DNA from: Obrimoposthia wandeli
Taxonomy: Eukaryota
Reading direction: 5' to 3'
Length of the DNA stretch: 64,000 bases
Assembly: GCA_977020255.1 (NCBI GenBank)
Contig: CDROCS010001674.1
Location: 186,001-250,000 of the forward strand
Program-made: the position numbers and the translations under genes
Notes under the pieces: model-generated
The model's database searches: none
The model's input: the letters and a program-made list of their open reading frames with translations, nothing else
Told to the model about the DNA's origin: nothing
Shown: positions 10,529-18,411 of the stretch, in pieces
Layout of the letters: each line of letters begins with the position of its first letter
How positions within the stretch are numbered: the first letter of the stretch is position 1

Positions 10529-10793
10529 TATACCAACACCGTTAAATATCTTGTCATTCAGAGCTTCTCTGGGAGGCAAGTTTCAGGATAGTGATTGAAG
10601 GAAGGGTAGATCCCTTTTGAAATCGCTAGACACAGAAATTGCTTTCCAGAGAGGCTCCCTTCGGGCGAGTTTAAAATGGTCTTATACTGCGTTGAAAGCT
10701 TTTGATTTAGAACCCTAGAACTTCAATCTTTCGCCTAGTCTAAAGCCATTTTAATTCTCGCTGATTGGTAAGATATCTAATGGTGTTGGTATT
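10529..10793. mobile_element. ~265-bp MITE-like palindromic repeat, subfamily B
   Basis: TIR TATACCAACACCGTTAAATATCTT / AAGATATCTAATGGTGTTGGTAT; same length and hairpin layout as 2931-3196. Confidence 0.75.
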
Positions 10794-10884
10794 TTATTCA
10801 TCCGTTCATTAACAAAATAGCGCCATGGATTAAATACTAATTGGTATCCATGGCGTGTCGAGTAAAGGACTGTAGCGAGTCACT

Positions 10885-11229
10885 TCACACTTGCCGTTTT
10901 ATTACTAGCACCTTTCCATGCGAAGATGCCTCCAGGATCACCATATCCGAGTTAATTGGAATGCAAGGCTCATGCCCGGAAGGAGCCTTAATTGGCAAAC
11001 ACTTAGCGCCATCGGCTTCAATAATAAAAATTGTGAAAGGGGATGTATTTTTGAGCTACTCAACAAGGTTTGGTGTGATCCCTGATACTTTGGTTTGCTA
11101 TTTGCTATTTGCTATTTGCTATTTGCTATTTGCTATTTGCTATTTGCTATTGTCGGTCATTTTTCCATCATTCGGCGCTGTTTCATTTTGATAGCAAAAA
11201 GTGATAGCGGGTTTTGATAGTTGGTTTTG
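10885..11229 (-). pseudogene. yqeC: Relic of yqeC (selenium-dependent molybdenum hydroxylase accessory protein)
   Basis: Minus-strand translation KPAITFCYQ...[heptamer VNTR]...KVSGITPNLVE*LKNTSPFTIFIIEADGAKCLPIKAPSGHEPCIPINSDMVI; EADG..P.KAP..HEP.IP is the YqeC signature; in-frame TAG at 11056-11058. Confidence 0.75.
11094..11149. repeat. VNTR (TTTGCTA) x 8
   Basis: Eight perfect 7-bp units counted directly. Confidence 0.97.
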
Positions 11230-11260
11230 CTAACCAGTACACAATTGCTACGTTTCTTTA

Positions 11261-11425
11261 ATTATTGTCGTGAACCCTGATTATCGGCGGGGCATGTTTG
11301 GTTCAATTCAGGTCGGTGTCAGTGAAGTACGAAGTGAGCACTTCTTTATTTGCCATGGCGACATGCCGGCGGCTTATCACGTAGTATGCGAGAGCGCACA
11401 TCGCAAGTATCAAATTGATTATTGA
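11261..11425 (+). pseudogene. mocA: Relic of a molybdenum cofactor cytidylyltransferase (MocA/YgfJ-like nucleotidyltransferase)
   Basis: Hand translation IIVVNPDYRRGMFGSIQVGVSEVRSEHFFICHGDMPAAYHVVC...; NPDY..GM..SI..G and GDMP are MocA/MobA-family motifs; the N-terminus is missing. Confidence 0.78.
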
Positions 11426-11758
11426 GATATCACTATTATCAATTTGATAGCCGTTGTATCAACTCCGTTAATTAACTTACCATTCAGAACACCACGGTTA
11501 TTCGACTACAACACCACATACTCAAAAGACCACGTAGCTTTAGTGCTGCAACAAAGCCATTTTAAATGGAATACCTGTCTTTGCTGGAACAAAAACACCA
11601 TAGATGAGAGAATTTGGAAAGTAAAGTGAAGGAAATAACGAGAGGGGGAGAAAATAGACCACCAATGTAGTCTATTTTTATTACCTAACAGCACATGGTC
11701 GATATGTGGTGGTATTTTTGTTAAAATTATGTTTATAAAGATTTTATTTCTGCATTAG

Positions 11759-11780
11759 GGCTCCTGCTGGGGCCTTTTTA
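11759..11780 (+). repeat. Direct repeat of 8274-8295 (candidate right attachment site)
   Basis: GGCTCCTGCTGGGGCCTTTTTA versus GGCTCCTACGGGAGCCTTTTTA, 19/22 identical. Confidence 0.5.
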
Positions 11781-11843
11781 CTATATGGCGAGTACATTGT
11801 TGTGTGATGTACGCATTAACCGAAAAAGATAGGAAGAGTAACT

Positions 11844-12515
11844 ATGCAACGCAATCATCAATTATTTTTCGGTAAAGTAAAACAACAATACGGTTTTAAT
11901 ACAGCCATAGATAAAATGCCTATCGCAGACGGCGCTTTTCTTACTGTATTGGGTTTTGAAGGGGATGAGTGTGCCGACCCTAAACACCACGGTGGTGTTG
12001 AAAGGGCAGTGCATCATTATCCTGCTGAACATTATGCTTATTGGATGCAGCAATACCCAGAACGTGATTGGCAAGCACCGGGTATGGGCGAAAATATTAG
12101 TACCCTTGGAATGACCGAAGATACTGTGTGTATCGGTGATCGCTACCAATGGGGTGAAGCCATTGTTGAAGTAAGCCAACCCCGTTCGCCGTGTTATAAA
12201 TTGAATAAAATATGGCAGGTCGACAAGCTATCTACAGAAATGCAAAGCAGCAGCCGATGTGGCTGGTTATATCGTGTTATTCAGCCGGGTTTCGTACGCA
12301 CTGATGATCTGCTGGTGTTAATTCAACAAGCAGAGAAGCCGATTACCGTTAAACAGGTGTGCGGTATGTTTTTCGGTGAGCCGTTGAATCCTGAATCTTT
12401 GGCTGCATTAGACCAATGTGAAGCATTGTCGACCAGCTGGCGTGACAAGGTAACGTTACGTATCGAAACCGGCACGGTAGAGAACTGGAATTTCCGTTTA
12501 TTGGGTCATGCGTAA
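11844..12515 (+). CDS. yiiM: MOSC-domain protein, YiiM-like
   Basis: HHGGVERAVHHY, GENIST, IGDRYQWG, VSQPRSPCYKL, GWLYRVIQPG. Confidence 0.88.
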   Translation: MQRNHQLFFGKVKQQYGFNTAIDKMPIADGAFLTVLGFEGDECADPKHHGGVERAVHHYPAEHYAYWMQQYPERDWQAPGMGENISTLGMTEDTVCIGDRYQWGEAIVEVSQPRSPCYKLNKIWQVDKLSTEMQSSSRCGWLYRVIQPGFVRTDDLLVLIQQAEKPITVKQVCGMFFGEPLNPESLAALDQCEALSTSWRDKVTLRIETGTVENWNFRLLGHA

Positions 12516-12591
12516 TGTAGCGCCTATAAGAGCTGCCGCAGGTGGCAGTTCTTGGGTTTTGCAATAGGGATTCTCGGCGTGTTTATAAGAG

Positions 12592-12605
12592 TTGATCCAG
12601 ATTAA
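12592..12605 (+). promoter_or_regulatory. FNR-like box upstream of the nrfG-like gene
   Basis: TTGAT-CCAG-ATTAA, 9/10 match to TTGAT-N4-ATCAA. Confidence 0.5.
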
Positions 12606-12699
12606 TGGATACGCTGTTAGAGGGGTAATTCCCTCACCGAGAGTATTGAAAACAGGTAAAATAGACACATCAATTCATTGGATGATAAGTACCTTTATA

Positions 12700-13380
12700 A
12701 TGAGCGAATTCGGGACAGGATTAGAAATGTTTGCAGGCGTCATCTTACTTATTGTCGTGAGTTTGATATTGATTTGGTGGAAGCAGTCGCAATCGTCTGA
12801 TAATCGCTTATGGATTCCTGTTGTTATCAGCCTTGTTTTGATTGGTGGTTCTGGCAGTTTGTATGCCATGTTAGGTTCACCGGCGTACCATGCAGAATTA
12901 GCTGTTGATAGTGCGAATGATGAATTTTCGGGTATGACCGCCAATCAAATTAACCAACGACGTATAGAAGAAATTCAAAATACGATACGTGAAGATAAGC
13001 AAAACAGTGAAGCGTGGTATTTGCTGGGTAATGCGTATATGTACGTGAGTGAATTCGATAAAGCCGCGATTGCTTTTGGTTATTCAGCGCGATTGGCCGA
13101 TAGCCCTCAAGCTAATGTTTTTTCAGCACAAGCTACTGCTGAGTATTACCAAAATGGTCAAAAACTAACTGAGAATATTCAGCAATTATTAGATTACGCC
13201 TTGCAGTTAGACAGCGATAACCTGCCTGCTTTAATGCTATTAGCATCAGATTATTTTCTAAATGCCCGTTACCAAAAAGCCATTGATACATGGCAGCAAG
13301 CCTTAGACAGCGAACGTTCAGATTTAGATCGCGTCGCGCTTATTTCTGCTATTAATCGCGCTAAAATTTTAGTGCGTTAA
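12700..13380 (+). CDS. nrfG: TPR-containing cytochrome c maturation protein (NrfG/CcmI-like)
   Basis: Two N-terminal TM segments, then TPRs (NSEAWYLLGNAY, ALMLLASDYF...YQKAIDTWQQAL); start is 12700 or 12727. Confidence 0.75.
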   Translation: MSEFGTGLEMFAGVILLIVVSLILIWWKQSQSSDNRLWIPVVISLVLIGGSGSLYAMLGSPAYHAELAVDSANDEFSGMTANQINQRRIEEIQNTIREDKQNSEAWYLLGNAYMYVSEFDKAAIAFGYSARLADSPQANVFSAQATAEYYQNGQKLTENIQQLLDYALQLDSDNLPALMLLASDYFLNARYQKAIDTWQQALDSERSDLDRVALISAINRAKILVR

Positions 13381-13517
13381 CCTGTTCATTTTCCAGTAAA
13401 ACCTGCCCGTTGAAAGTAACGCTGTGTCCTTATCTCTGGTTTTGAGCCAACAGAGAGGCTTTATACCGTATACTAAAGCCAATAAATTTTAGTAGATCTT
13501 AATAACACAGCGATTTT

Positions 13518-13724
13518 ATGAAACTCGACTTCTCAGGTTTAAACAAGCAAACACAGAAATCTTTTGGTGACCAACGTGCGATCATTAAACGGGTAATGCA
13601 GGGTAAGCAGGTATTGTGCGAAGAATGCAAGCAACCGTTATTGTTGGTTACGCCAGAAGCCAGTGAAAAGCCTGGTATTAGCTGCAAAAAAGGCTGTACC
13701 AATATTGAGTTAGACTTTGCATAA
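13518..13724 (+). CDS. Small Cys-motif (zinc-ribbon-like) hypothetical protein
   Basis: 68 aa with CEEC...CKKGC; good start context; converges on the nrfA terminator. Confidence 0.7.
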   Translation: MKLDFSGLNKQTQKSFGDQRAIIKRVMQGKQVLCEECKQPLLLVTPEASEKPGISCKKGCTNIELDFA

Positions 13725-13821
13725 CGCGTAAAGACGACATGTAATGTATACAAGCATCCATAAAGATAACTGCTTATGTAAAACGTATGCTTATATTGGC
13801 GTAATACTCGTTGAGTAAATG

Positions 13822-13855
13822 AAAAAAGCCAGCATAGAATGCTGGCTTTTTTTTT
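13822..13855. terminator. Bidirectional intrinsic terminator
   Basis: A6-GCCAGCAT-aga-ATGCTGGC-T9. Confidence 0.85.
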
Positions 13856-13906
13856 ACATGTGATTAGCGTTAACGTTTTAGCTATCTTTCGATAGGTTAG
13901 TAACGA

Positions 13907-15370
13907 TTAGTACTTTGCTTCACGTGCTTCTGCTTGTTTGTCCCACTCTGGTGCGATGGTCTTTAAGAACTCATCTTTTTCAGCATTCATCTTATCCATA
14001 TCCATACCAAGCGCTTGTTGTGCCTTCACTTTGGTTGAAATATCAGGAATCTGAATTTCTTCAGTAATACCTTTGGTTGCTAATAAGCGAATAACTTTAG
14101 CGCGAGCATCACCAGCTTTATCAAGTGCAGTACCTAGAACACGTAATGCAACTTCTGGTGCGTGCATATGCACACCATGAGACGCGATTGCGTAATCCCA
14201 ACGCCACTGTGCATGACGGATATCCATTAGGATAGGTTCCATTTCTGCTTCAGTTGCGCCTGCATCCCACGCCGCTTTCGCTTCGAAGTGTGCAGCAATG
14301 ATTTGCTTCTCAGCACGTAACTTCATCTCAAGTACGCTAGCTTTACGCGATGCTACGACACTTTTCAGTGCTGCTTTAGTTTGTGTATGACACTGGGCAC
14401 AAGTATCTTCGAAGCGGTCAAATGGGTTACCCACTTTGTGGTCGGTATATACTGTGCCGTCTTCGTTTTGTACTTTAGGCATGTGACAGTCAATACACGT
14501 CACATTGTTTTTGCCGTGAATACCTTCACGCCATGTTTCATAGCCAGGGTGCTGTGCTTTTAGCATTGGTGCTTTTGAAACGCCGTGAGTCCAATCTTTA
14601 AAGCCAATCTCGTCGTAGTACACTTCCATGTCGTCAACCGATGTGCCTTTATCCCAAGGGAATTTGACCGATTTGTTTGGACCAGTGAAGTAGTATTCAA
14701 CGTGACATTGACCACAGACTTGCGCTTGTTGATCAAAGCGAGATTGATCTTCAAACTTCTTGCCGATGGTTTCCATTGCGCGTTCAGCGTATGGGCGTGA
14801 CATCTGTAATGCAGGGCCGCCTTTGGCAAACTCTTCGCTGCCCGTGTTATGACAATCTGAACAACCAATCGCGTTGTTGATTTCAGCGCCTAAACGAGCC
14901 CATTTGCCTTCAAAGTAGCCATCTTCACCACGATCATCGATTACGCGTGCCACATCAGGGCTTTTACAGCTCCAACATGCCATTGGCATTGGGCCAGATT
15001 TGTCATCTGTTGGTCCGCCTGTACGTAATGTTTCACGTACATCGGTAATCGCGTAAAAATGTCCACGCGCTTTGTTATAGTCTTTAGAGAAGCCATATCC
15101 TGCCCATAGAACGACCATGTTAGGATCGCCTACTAAAGCATCTTCAATTTCTCCGCTCTCTTGTGTTGCTTTCCAGCTTTTATATTGCTCAGCGTGAGCT
15201 TCCGCAAACTTTTCGTTGCGAGGCTCAAAGCGCATCCCTTCTTGTTCAGTAGTTGTCTGATTTTTATCAGTCACTGCTTGTTCAGAAGTTGCCAGCGCAT
15301 TAGTCGATAAGCATAACGCTGACAATATAGCTGCCATGGCGGCAGTATTTCGCGTCCATTTCTTACTCAC
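13907..15370 (-). CDS. nrfA: Ammonia-forming cytochrome c552 nitrite reductase
   Basis: CWSCK active-site heme plus four CxxCH motifs; KAQHP; signal peptide. Confidence 0.97.
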   Translation of the reverse strand: MSKKWTRNTAAMAAILSALCLSTNALATSEQAVTDKNQTTTEQEGMRFEPRNEKFAEAHAEQYKSWKATQESGEIEDALVGDPNMVVLWAGYGFSKDYNKARGHFYAITDVRETLRTGGPTDDKSGPMPMACWSCKSPDVARVIDDRGEDGYFEGKWARLGAEINNAIGCSDCHNTGSEEFAKGGPALQMSRPYAERAMETIGKKFEDQSRFDQQAQVCGQCHVEYYFTGPNKSVKFPWDKGTSVDDMEVYYDEIGFKDWTHGVSKAPMLKAQHPGYETWREGIHGKNNVTCIDCHMPKVQNEDGTVYTDHKVGNPFDRFEDTCAQCHTQTKAALKSVVASRKASVLEMKLRAEKQIIAAHFEAKAAWDAGATEAEMEPILMDIRHAQWRWDYAIASHGVHMHAPEVALRVLGTALDKAGDARAKVIRLLATKGITEEIQIPDISTKVKAQQALGMDMDKMNAEKDEFLKTIAPEWDKQAEAREAKY

Positions 15371-15504
15371 GATGTGTCACTCCAGTTTTCTAATTATTAA
15401 ATAAGGCCAAGCGTTGTGAATGCGGCTAACTCAAATAACAAAAGATGGAGTTCAAACTAATAATAACAAATTATTTCACATTGTTAATGTTAATGAATAG
15501 AACG

Positions 15505-15518
15505 TTGTCTTGGATCAA
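15505..15518 (-). promoter_or_regulatory. FNR-like box, nrfA side
   Basis: Minus strand reads TTGAT-CCAA-GACAA, 8/10. Confidence 0.55.
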
Positions 15519-15563
15519 ATGTGTTTATTTGTTGGTGGGATCTAACCAGTAAAAATAGGCATA

Positions 15564-15579
15564 TACCCCTTATTAGGTA
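15564..15579. promoter_or_regulatory. NarP/NarL 7-2-7 site
   Basis: TACCCCT-TA-TTAGGTA, one mismatch to TACYNMT-NN-AKNRGTA. Confidence 0.6.
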
Positions 15580-15655
15580 TTTACTTCTCGATGGTTAATG
15601 GCGTGTTATTTTTTCTTTTAAATCTTAAAAATCATAATGTTGGCTGTTATTTTTC

Positions 15656-15669
15656 TTGATCTTAATCAT
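15656..15669 (+). promoter_or_regulatory. FNR-like box, nrfB side
   Basis: TTGAT-CTTA-ATCAT, 9/10. Confidence 0.6.
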
Positions 15670-15686
15670 TAAAAGGTCATTTCTGA

Positions 15687-15702
15687 TGCTACTTAAGAGG
15701 TA
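15687..15702. promoter_or_regulatory. Second NarP/NarL 7-2-7 site
   Basis: TGCTACT-TA-AGAGGTA, one mismatch. Confidence 0.5.
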
Positions 15703-15990
15703 TTTGCAGGCTGACGCAATTTATTACATTTAAAAATATTATGTAATAAGCATGTTAAGCGTTGTGGCTAATAGTATCAGGTTAATGAGAGTGGATGTCA
15801 ATTGCAAATGGTTTTTATTTCTTTTTATTGCACTTGTTCACAGGTGTTTATTTCGTAGCAGCAGTGATTCGAAAAATAAGAAAGAAAAACGTTTTGCAGA
15901 ATTTTAATCAAGAGTTTCAACAGAAATTACATTTAAGCACCGATTGTTATTCGTATGTGAGTAGCAATTATGGAGAAGAAAAGGTGAATA

Positions 15991-16593
15991 ATGGGCAATT
16001 ATAAAGTTGCCATGAATACAATGATTACATTTTTTGTGGCCATGTGTATTTTTGGTTTTTCTATAAACGTTGCCGCGGACTCGAACACACAGGACGCCAC
16101 AACCGCGACCCCTGCCGTGATTAATCAAGAGTCAGGTCAACATGTTGTCAAATTTATAAGGGACAGGGATTACGCTTGTACGCAGTGTCATAAAGATGAA
16201 AAAGATGTACTAAAAGGTGCACATGGTGATGCCATTCATGCGCAAACGGGTCGAGATGTAACGTGTGTTGATTGCCACAGTAATGTGGGTGAAGACCACC
16301 GTGATGGTGCAAAAGTAGTGACAAAATTCGCGCCAGCTCAATCGGTTGCCGGTTCTGAGAAACCTGCTGCTGATGTTTCGTGGATTAAACAGCAAAACAA
16401 TACATGTATAAACTGTCACGAGCCGAAAGACTTACGCGAAGTAAACTGGACGCATGATGTGCATGCGCTGGATCTATCGTGTGCTTCTTGCCATACCGTG
16501 CATCCAGATACTGATCCGATGAAAGGTATTGATCGAAAGTCGAAGATTAAGATGTGCGTCGACTGCCACTCAGACCAGAAAAAAGAGAAGTAG
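15991..16593 (+). CDS. nrfB: Pentaheme cytochrome c NrfB
   Basis: Five CxxCH motifs (CTQCH, CVDCH, CINCH, CASCH, CVDCH); signal peptide. Confidence 0.93.
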   Translation: MGNYKVAMNTMITFFVAMCIFGFSINVAADSNTQDATTATPAVINQESGQHVVKFIRDRDYACTQCHKDEKDVLKGAHGDAIHAQTGRDVTCVDCHSNVGEDHRDGAKVVTKFAPAQSVAGSEKPAADVSWIKQQNNTCINCHEPKDLREVNWTHDVHALDLSCASCHTVHPDTDPMKGIDRKSKIKMCVDCHSDQKKEK

Positions 16594-16604
16594 GAGATGA
16601 TGGT

Positions 16605-17297
16605 ATGACGTGTTCAAGACGAAATTTTTTAGCGGGCGCAGGCGCGGTGATTTTTACCACCGGTGTTAGCGCTGGTAGTGGGGTACTTGGTCGCCAATCG
16701 TTAGTTGCGACCATGGAAGACGGTGTTAAACGCTATGGCATGGTACATGATGAAACATTGTGTATTGGCTGTACGGCGTGTACTGATGCTTGTCGTGAAG
16801 TAAACAACGTGCCAGAAGGTGTTTCTCGCCTAGAAATAGTGCGCAGTGAACCTCAGGGAGAATACCCAGATGTGAGCTATCAGTTCACTCGGATTTCTTG
16901 TCAGCATTGTGATAATGCACCTTGTGTGCATGTTTGTCCTACAGGGGCTTCTTTCAAAGATCCTGAAACTGGCATTGTCGATGTTGATCCTTTCAAATGC
17001 GTAGGTTGTGGTTATTGCCTAGCTGCGTGTCCGTATAAGGTTCGTTTCTTTAATCCAGAAACAAAATCTGCAGATAAATGTGATTTTTGTCGTAAGACCA
17101 ACCTGAAGGAAGGCAAACTGCCGGCCTGTGTTGAATCTTGCCCAACGAAGTCACTGACGTTTGGTGATCTAAATGATCCAAACAGTGAAGTGTCAAAGTT
17201 ATTAGAGCAAAAGCCTGTTTATCGTGAAAAGGTGGAATTAGGCACATCACCGAAGTTATATAAAGTGCCTTATGGAAAAGGGGAGATAAAAGGATGA
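16605..17297 (+). CDS. nrfC: Fe-S protein NrfC
   Basis: Tat motif SRRNFL; four 4Fe-4S Cys clusters. Confidence 0.93.
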   Translation: MTCSRRNFLAGAGAVIFTTGVSAGSGVLGRQSLVATMEDGVKRYGMVHDETLCIGCTACTDACREVNNVPEGVSRLEIVRSEPQGEYPDVSYQFTRISCQHCDNAPCVHVCPTGASFKDPETGIVDVDPFKCVGCGYCLAACPYKVRFFNPETKSADKCDFCRKTNLKEGKLPACVESCPTKSLTFGDLNDPNSEVSKLLEQKPVYREKVELGTSPKLYKVPYGKGEIKG

Positions 17298-18253
17298 TGA
17301 CTACTTTTGCCGATGCCTTTTATTTTGATTCCTTAGTGTGGGATTGGATTATCGCAATCTATTTGTTTCTAGCAGGCATGTCTGCTGGAGCTGTAATGAT
17401 TTCGATATACTTGAAACGTAAAGTTATTCAAGGCCACCCAAGCACTAATGGCATCATTAAAGCGACAGCTATTCTTGCACCATTTGGTATTATTGCTGGT
17501 TTAGTAATTCTAATTTTCCACCTGACTAAACCATGGTCATTTTGGAAAATAATGATTTTCTATAACACATCGTCAGTCATGTCGATGGGTGTAATACTGT
17601 TCCAAGTTTACATGGTGGTGTTGTTTGCTTGGATAACGATTATTTTCAAAGATGATTTACTCAAACTGTTGAACGGTCGTTTACCGATTGTTGATAAAGT
17701 GGTGGGTCTAATCAGTAAATATGAAAATAGTATTGAGCTATTCTTAGGCTTCTTAGCGGTAATGTTAGCGGCTTATACTGGCTTCTTATTATCGGCACTT
17801 AAAACCTACCCATTGTTGAATAACCCAGTATTGCCAATACTCTTTTTGTTCTCGAGTTTATCGTCGGGAGCGGCTGCTTGTTTGCTATTTGGTATTATTG
17901 GTTTCAAAGAATCAGCGCATAGCGCCAGTGTTAAATGGATTCACAAGTTTGAACGTCCGGTTGTGGTGTTCGAATTGTTTGTTCTTTTTGCATTCTTTTC
18001 TGGTCTCTACTTCGGTGGTGGACAAAGAGAAGCGGCGGTTATGGCAGCGATTGGCGGAGGCTTTTGGGCATCGTGGTTTTGGTATGGGGTAATAGGGTTA
18101 GGCATGTTGGTACCGTTGGGTTTGAATGCAGTTAGTTCTGACGGTGTTAAATACAATAAAGCCTTTATCATGCTAGTGACCACTCTCAGCCTTATTGGTG
18201 TGTTGATGTTACGTACCTTTATTTTATATGCTGGACAAATGACACTGGTTTAA
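17294..18253 (+). CDS. nrfD: Quinol dehydrogenase membrane subunit NrfD
   Basis: WDWIIAIYLFLAGMSAG, HLTKPW, AYTGFLLS, LRTFILYAGQ. Confidence 0.93.
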   Translation: MMTTFADAFYFDSLVWDWIIAIYLFLAGMSAGAVMISIYLKRKVIQGHPSTNGIIKATAILAPFGIIAGLVILIFHLTKPWSFWKIMIFYNTSSVMSMGVILFQVYMVVLFAWITIIFKDDLLKLLNGRLPIVDKVVGLISKYENSIELFLGFLAVMLAAYTGFLLSALKTYPLLNNPVLPILFLFSSLSSGAAACLLFGIIGFKESAHSASVKWIHKFERPVVVFELFVLFAFFSGLYFGGGQREAAVMAAIGGGFWASWFWYGVIGLGMLVPLGLNAVSSDGVKYNKAFIMLVTTLSLIGVLMLRTFILYAGQMTLV

Positions 18254-18273
18254 TATCAGGCATTACGAAGTTT

Positions 18274-18302
18274 AAATCGCCACATAATTTGTGGCGATTT
18301 TT
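18274..18302 (+). terminator. Intrinsic terminator after nrfD
   Basis: AAATCGCCAC-ataattt-GTGGCGATTT followed by Ts. Confidence 0.75.
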
Positions 18303-18411
18303 CGTTTAAGTTCCGCAGTTATTGATCAAATGCAATGCGGGCGACAGTGTGTTACTAGAAGATGGTGAATAAATATTCCTACTACTTCTAGAGCATAAAA
18401 AAGGAAATTTA

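Noticed and set aside
10841-11191. 116-aa plus-strand ORF
   Set aside because: Antisense to the yqeC relic; its CYLLFAI repeats are just the heptamer VNTR.
11444-11694. Two short overlapping ORFs (11444-11629 plus, 11506-11694 minus)
   Set aside because: No recognisable motif or RBS in any frame; left unassigned, possibly further decayed cargo.
18322-18335. FNR box before nrfE (TTGAT-CAAA-TGCAA)
   Set aside because: Weaker match in AT-rich DNA; not enough support to list as a feature.
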